Shown: positions 59,201 to 64,000 of the stretch, piece by piece
Position numbering within the stretch: the first letter of the stretch is position 1
How the letters are laid out: every line of letters starts with the position of its first letter
NCBI GenBank assembly: GCA_965240325.2
Contig: OZ251222.1
Span: 4,216,001-4,280,000, forward strand
DNA length: 64,000 nucleotides
Reading direction: 5' to 3'
Source of the DNA: Rebecca billardiae RCC1528
Taxonomy: Eukaryota > Protista > Haptophyta
Made by a program: the position numbers and the translations under genes
Notes under the pieces: model-generated
Seen by the model: the letters and a program-made list of their open reading frames with translations, nothing else
Told to the model about the DNA's origin: nothing
The model's database searches: none

Positions 59201-62200
59201 GTTGTCGGTGCCGTTCACGTACACGGGCGTGTACGACGCGGCGTCCATCTCGACCTCGAACAGCACCGCCGTCTGCGAGTCGTCGGCGGTGGCGCCGTCG
59301 TCGCTCGTCACGACGACCGAGACGACGAGCGGCTCGGTGCTGCCCAGCACCGGCGCGCTCGTGATGTTGTAGCTCGCGAGGAAGCGGTACTTCCCCGCGA
59401 CGGCGCGCAGCAGGTACTGCACGTCCTGCGCGCTCGGCGTGCCGTCGAGCGTCGGGTCGAGCGCGGACGCGCACGCGCTCACGTCCGAGCCGACGACGAG
59501 CTGCGCGAGGACGCGCACGTCGAACGAGGTGAAGGCGCAGTCGCCGTTCACGTCGCCCACCACCGCCGCGTCGCACCCCGCGCACGAGGACAGCCGGCGC
59601 CGCGCGCCGCGCCGCTCCGCCGCGCGGCGCGCGCTCGCGCGGTGGGCGCGCGGCGCGCGCGCGGCCTCGAGCTCGAGCAGCGCGCGCCGCCGCCGGCTGA
59701 CGGTGGTGGTGAGCCCGCCCACGCCCGCGAAGATGGGCACGTCGGTGACGCGCGTCTCGGTCTCGCCCAGCAGCGTGACGAGCTCGACGACCGTGCCGCT
59801 CAGCTCCGTGCTCGCCGCGCCGAGCACGTCGAAGAGGACCGTGCCCACGTTTGCCAGCTGGCCGCTCGTCGTGAGCGAGTCGGTGTTGCCCGCGATCCGC
59901 ACGGTCTCGAGCGGGTCGTTGATCGTGCACACGGCCCAGGAGAGCGTGGTGCACGAGGCCGCGCGGAGGACGGACGAGTCGAGCGCGATCTCGATCTGGA
60001 AGTTCACCAGGTACTCCGAGACGCCGCCCGTGTTGACGAGGACGTCGACGCTCACGCCGCTGCCCGACTGCACGAGCTGCAGCCCGCTGCTCGAGCCGAG
60101 GTCGACGTCGTACTGCGCGGGGCGCAGGTTGGCGGTGACGTCGAGCGTGTCCGAGACGGCGCCCGCGTCGCGCGAGGTGGCGGTGATCACGTTCGCGCCG
60201 TTGCGGCTGTTCCCCGCGATCGTGAGCACGCCGTCAGCGCCCACGCGCACCACGGCCGGGTCGTCCGAGCCCCAGTCCAGCAGCTGCGCCGAAGGCACGT
60301 ACGACAGCGAGAGCAGGTCGGCGTAGGCCACGCCGTCCGCGAGCGTGGCCGCGGCGGCCAGCGAGACGGAGGTGCCGTTGATCCCGTTGAGCAACGCGCC
60401 GGACGTCGAGCCGTACAGGCTGAGCGTGAGCGACGTGAGCTGCACCGGCATGTCGCTCACGAGCGCGAGCGCGGACGCAGAGGTCGAGCCCCACGTGGCG
60501 GTGATGAGCGCCGCGCCCGCCCCGACGCCGACGACGGTCGCCCCGCTGAGCGTCGCGACGGACGTGTCGTTCGAGGCGATGCTCATGTACGGGCCGAGGC
60601 CCGAGACGGCGGTGCCGTCGGTCAGCGCGGCGCTGGTCGTGGTGCCCGAGCGCTGGAACGCTGAGGACGCGCCGATCCGTCCGAGCTCCGCGTCCGCGAG
60701 CGTGATCGCCATGGCCGTGGCGTACAGCACGCGCACCTCCGCCCAGCCGCTCAAGCCGAAGGAGGGCACGGCGGCGCTCACGTTGAACGCGGCGCAGCTC
60801 GCGCCGGACGCGACGCTGATCGTCGCGCTCGGCGCGTCGAGCGTGGCGCAGTCGGTCGACGTGCCGCCGAGCGTGAGGTTGGTGCGCGCGTCTGCGCTGA
60901 AGTCCGCCTCCGAGCCGTCCGCAAAGTGGACCGTGACGGTGGCGGTGGTCGAGGTGGGAAGCGAGACGGGCGCGCCCGCGGCGGAGTCGCCCGGCGCGGC
61001 GAGGCGCGCGGTGGCGGTGCTCACGACGAGCGAGGTCGCGGCGGGCAGCGCGATCTCCACGCGCGCGCGCCCGGTCGCCAGCGTGCTGTTGCATGAGTCC
61101 CTCCACACCGCCTCGAGCAGCTCGCCCGCGGCCGAGCTCGCGCCCGTGGCGACGGTGGCGCTCCACGGCGCGTCGGCCGAGGCGGGCGCGCTCACGGTGA
61201 GGCTCGGCGTCCGGCTGCTGAGCGTGAGCGCGTCGGACGGGACGCGCTCCACCGAGCCATCGCCGAGGTACGCGTACGCGTACACGCTCAGCGCCTGCCC
61301 CTCGGCGCTCAGCGCCTGCGAGAGCTGCACGGCCGCGTCGAACGCGGCGCTGGACGCGCCGAGCTCCGTCGGCGGCTGCGCGACAAACGACGCGGCGCTG
61401 AACGCGACCGGCCGCAGCGAGGCGACGAGGCGCTGCACCGCGGTGGAGACGACGACGCTTGCGCGCACGCTGCCGCGCGCGCTTGACACGACCACCTCCG
61501 TCGAGCCCACGCCCACGCCGCTCACCGTCGCCACGCCGGTCGTGGCCGACTGGCTGACGCTCGCGACCGCCGCGTCCGCGCTCGCGAGCGCGGTGCGCGC
61601 GGTCACGTCCACGCCGCTCACCGTGCCCAGCCCCTCGCCGCCGAACGCGGCGACGACGCTCGCCGTGCCCGACTGAAAGGCCTGCGCGCCGCACGCGCCC
61701 GGCTGCGACGCGCCCTTGATTGCGTACAGCGTGCCTCGCTCCAGCACGAGCTCGGCGGACAGCGGGTACCACACGCGCAGCGGCACGCTCGCCACGACGG
61801 CGCCGCTCGACTCGTCGGTCACGTTCACGAGCGTCCCCGCCGCGCCGGCCGTGTGCGACGCGCCCGCGACGAGCGTGCACGGCGAGCCCGTCTCGACCGC
61901 GAGCACCGCCGCGTCGAGCGCCGCGCAGCCGTACCCTTGGGTCGCGTACGCCGACGCGGTGGCCGCCCTCGAGTAGAGCTCGAGCACGGAGAGCGCGGCG
62001 CTCGCGTTGGCGCCGCCGAGCGGGGCGTCGTTGAGCAGCTCGCCCGCGTCCACCCACGCTTGCACCGCGCCGACGGAGACCGCCTCGACGCCGAGCGTGC
62101 CCGTCGCGGCCGCGCCGTCGTCCGCGCCCGCCACCACGCCCGCGCTGTCTGAGAGGTACGCGTTGCTCGCAGCGTTCACGTACTGCACGACGCGGCACGA

Positions 62201-63298
62201 GAGCGCGGCCGCGTGCGAGCCGGGCGGCGCGTCCGCGCGCACGGCGAGCGTGAGCGTGATGAGCGGCACCGCGGCGCCCGTCACGTCCGCCTCGGACGTG
62301 CCGCCCGTCAGCCCGGACGCCACGACGCCGAGCGTGCCCACGCCGTCGTCGTTGAGCGTGGGCGAGTTGTACGTGCTCGCCACCGCGCTCGCGCTCACGC
62401 CCAGCAGGCTCGCGTTGTACGACAGCTCGACCTGCCACGTGCTGAGCGCCGCGCCGCCCGTGTGCGCGTACAGCACGAGCTCGAACGAGTCGCCCGCGAA
62501 GATGGGCGACTTGGCCATCTGCGCGAGCAGCCCGACGGAGGGCAGCGTGTACGCCGTCGGCGCCTTGGCAAGCGTGATCGCGCCCGCGGCCTCGCACGAG
62601 CCCGCGTTGCCGCCGCCGTCGTACGAGAAGTCGACGCGCGCGCTGAGCGTGCGCGCGGCGCTGTCGCTGAACCACGCGGCGTCGAGCGTCGCGCTGCACT
62701 CGCCCACGCCGCTGCTCGAGCCGGGCATCCCGCACGAGGACTGCGCGCTCTCCGAGCCGCCGTCGAGCGAGAGTGTGAGCAACACGCCCAGCCCGCTGCT
62801 CGTCACCTGCGAGCGCTGCGCCTCGTCGCGCATCTGGTAGTTGACGCGCGCGTCGAGGCGGTCGACGTACAGCACGGCGGTGCGCGGCACGCAGCTCACG
62901 CTCGCCGCCTGCTGCGCGACCAGCGTGAAGCCGGCGCTCGCCACGCCCAGGTCGATGCCGTGCGACGACGCGCGGACCGTGCCCGCGTCGCCCTTGGTCG
63001 CGCCCGCAAAGAAGCCCACGCTCACGTTGTGGAAGCTGCCCGCGCTGCTCGCCGAGCCGTGCAGCGGCAGGCCTGGGCTGCCCGCCGCCGGGTAGAGCGT
63101 CAGCAGCGCGCCCTCGACCAGGTCGGCCGCGTCGAAGGCGAACGGCGGCAGCGGCGGCGAGGGCGGCGAGGGCGGCGGGTGCGGCAGCGTGCGCGGCGGC
63201 GGCGGGCTCGGCGGCGACGGCGGCGGGGCCGGCGGCGGCGGGCTCGGCGGCGGCGACGGTGGCGGCGACGGCGGCGGCGACGGCGGCGGCTGCGGGAA

Positions 63299-63329
<31 letters not shown>

Positions 63330-64000
63330 GGCGGCGGGCTCGGCGGCGGGCTCGGCGGCGGGCGCGGCGGCGGGCTGGGCGGTGGAAGCGGCGGCGGCGG
63401 TGCCGGCGGTGGGGATGGCGGCGGCGAGGGCGGCGGGCTGGGCGGCGGCGAGGGCGGCGGCGAGGGTGGCGGGAACGGAGGCGGCGGCGAGGGCGGCGGC
63501 GAGGGCGGCGGCGAGGGCGGCAGCGTGGGAGGCGGGCTCGGCGGCGGGTGTGGTGGTGGCGGCGCCGGCGGTGGCGACGGTGGCGGCGATGGAGGCGGGC
63601 TGGGCGGCGGCGAGGGCGGCGGCGAGGGCGGCGGCGCGGGTGGCGGCGGCGAGGGCGGCGGCGAGGGCGGCGGCGAGGGCGGCGGCGAGGGCGGCGGCGA
63701 CGGCGGCGGCGGCGAGGGCGGCGGCGAGGGCGGTGGCGAGGGCGGCGGCGCAGGCGGCGGCGCAGGCGGCGGTGACGGCGGCGGCGACGGCGGCGGGCTC
63801 GGCGGAGGCGACGGCGGAGGGCTCGGCGGTGGCGGGCTTGGCGGCGGCGAGGGTGGTGGCGAGGGCGGCGGCGAGGGCGGCGGGCTCGGTGGGGGCGGGC
63901 TCGGCGGCGGAGCCGGTGGTGGCGAGGGCGGCGCCGCCGGCGGTGGCGACGGTGGCGGGCGTGGCGGCGGCGACGGCGGCGGGCTCGGAGGCGGCGACGG
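47204..64000 (-). CDS. Giant SPPP-rich (extensin/HRGP-like) extracellular protein with TMEM132-like/cohesin/dockerin module A; upstream segment, 5'-partial
   Basis: Corresponds to ORF 46373..63025(-). The frame continues upstream of the called GTG (…SPPLPPFAFDAADLVEGALLTLYPAAGSPGLPLHGSASSAGSFHNVSVGFF…) and through SPPP repeats to the right edge. Contains a normal-looking globular domain with strong GC3 codon bias. The Pro-rich reading ends at a 1-nt indel at 47201-47203. Confidence 0.9.
48860..53800. repeat. Near-identical coding tandem array, ~6 x 843 bp (281 aa)
   Basis: Anchor gaacggctcagcccgt at 49091, 49934, 50777, 51620, 52463, 53306; the translated units (…AGIP…ADAP…GAPP…RAEPF…) differ at only a few residues. 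Confidence 0.92.
59393..59557 (-). other. Dockerin-like domain, module A
   Basis: GDVNGDCAFTSFDVRVLAQLVVG…LDPTLDGTPSAQDVQYLLRAVAG: two Dx[N/T]xDx6D loops, each followed by an amphipathic helix, as in dockerin type I. Confidence 0.7.
59725..60113 (-). other. Cohesin-like domain 2, module A
   Basis: GSGVSVDVLVNTGGVSEYLVNFQIEIALDSSVLRAASC…TVRIAG…VGTVLFDV. Confidence 0.55.
61052..62900 (-). other. TMEM132-like ectodomain core, module A
   Basis: Motifs recalled from TMEM132 proteins occur in order: SC…GECSATLDAAWFS, a cohesin-like domain, LRVWYPL…TLYAIKG…C…FQS…VDVT, L…EGQ…YAYLGDGSV…LTLSS, and GELLEA…C…TLATG. Confidence 0.6.
62130..62540 (-). other. Cohesin-like domain 1, module A
   Basis: PIFAGDSFELVLYAHTGGAALSTWQVELSYNASLLGV…LGVVASG…PLITLTLAV matches the cohesin pattern (GdtftV.v…i.g.q..l.YD..lL…l.tltF.v). 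Confidence 0.6.

Larger units (their letters stand above)
58949..63142 (-). other. Globular module A (~1,400 aa): TMEM132-like ectodomain + Ig-like repeats + cohesin-like + basic linker + dockerin-like + unknown domain
   Basis: Translation in ORF 46373..63025; beta-rich composition, paired Cys, many NxS/T sequons; collinear homology with module B. Confidence 0.85.

Noticed and set aside
63023-63025. GTG start of ORF 46373..63025
   Set aside because: Internal Val. The frame is open upstream and the homologous position in module B is internal.
58949-63142. Bacterial cellulosome scaffoldin, or pherophorin/formin identity
   Set aside because: No CBM, glycoside hydrolase, SLH, pherophorin or FH2 domain was recognisable. 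SPPP stalks and conserved sequons point to a distinct eukaryotic secreted protein.
17439-63775. Arg/His-rich and Ala/Glu/Pro-rich ORFs in alternative frames on both strands
   Set aside because: Off-frame readings of GC-rich codons with no independent domain content.

Overview
The whole 64-kb window appears to be the interior of one giant, apparently intronless minus-strand eukaryotic gene, open at both window edges. Codon style, N-glycosylation sequons and SPPP repeats suggest a very GC-rich microalga, possibly a haptophyte (inference). Read on the minus strand it encodes >=21,300 aa of an extensin-like (Ser-Pro3) protein. Two homologous ~1,400-aa globular modules (58949-63142 and 21565-25800) interrupt it. 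Each module reads N->C: TMEM132-like ectodomain (N-terminal Cys/WF domain, cohesin-like domain, Ig-like repeats), further Ig-like repeats, a second cohesin-like domain, an Arg-rich linker with RRAL/RxL protease motifs, a dockerin-like double Ca-binding motif, and a ~140-aa unknown domain. The Pro-rich stalks are punctuated about 80 times by a PPPPP-R-x-x-P-F-PPP motif and are built from nested tandem arrays (402-438, 843 and 888 bp units; 3-4 kb and ~9.6 kb duplications). One extra G at 47201-47203 splits the frame and is probably an assembly error. The 47-kb downstream frame is missing from the ORF track because it runs off the left edge without a stop. All plus-strand poly-Gly/Ala/Arg ORFs are antisense shadows. 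The candidate novel system is a micrometre-scale, proteolytically processed, cohesin-dockerin-linked HRGP scaffold. Domain assignments come from motif recognition by eye and need HMM or structure confirmation.
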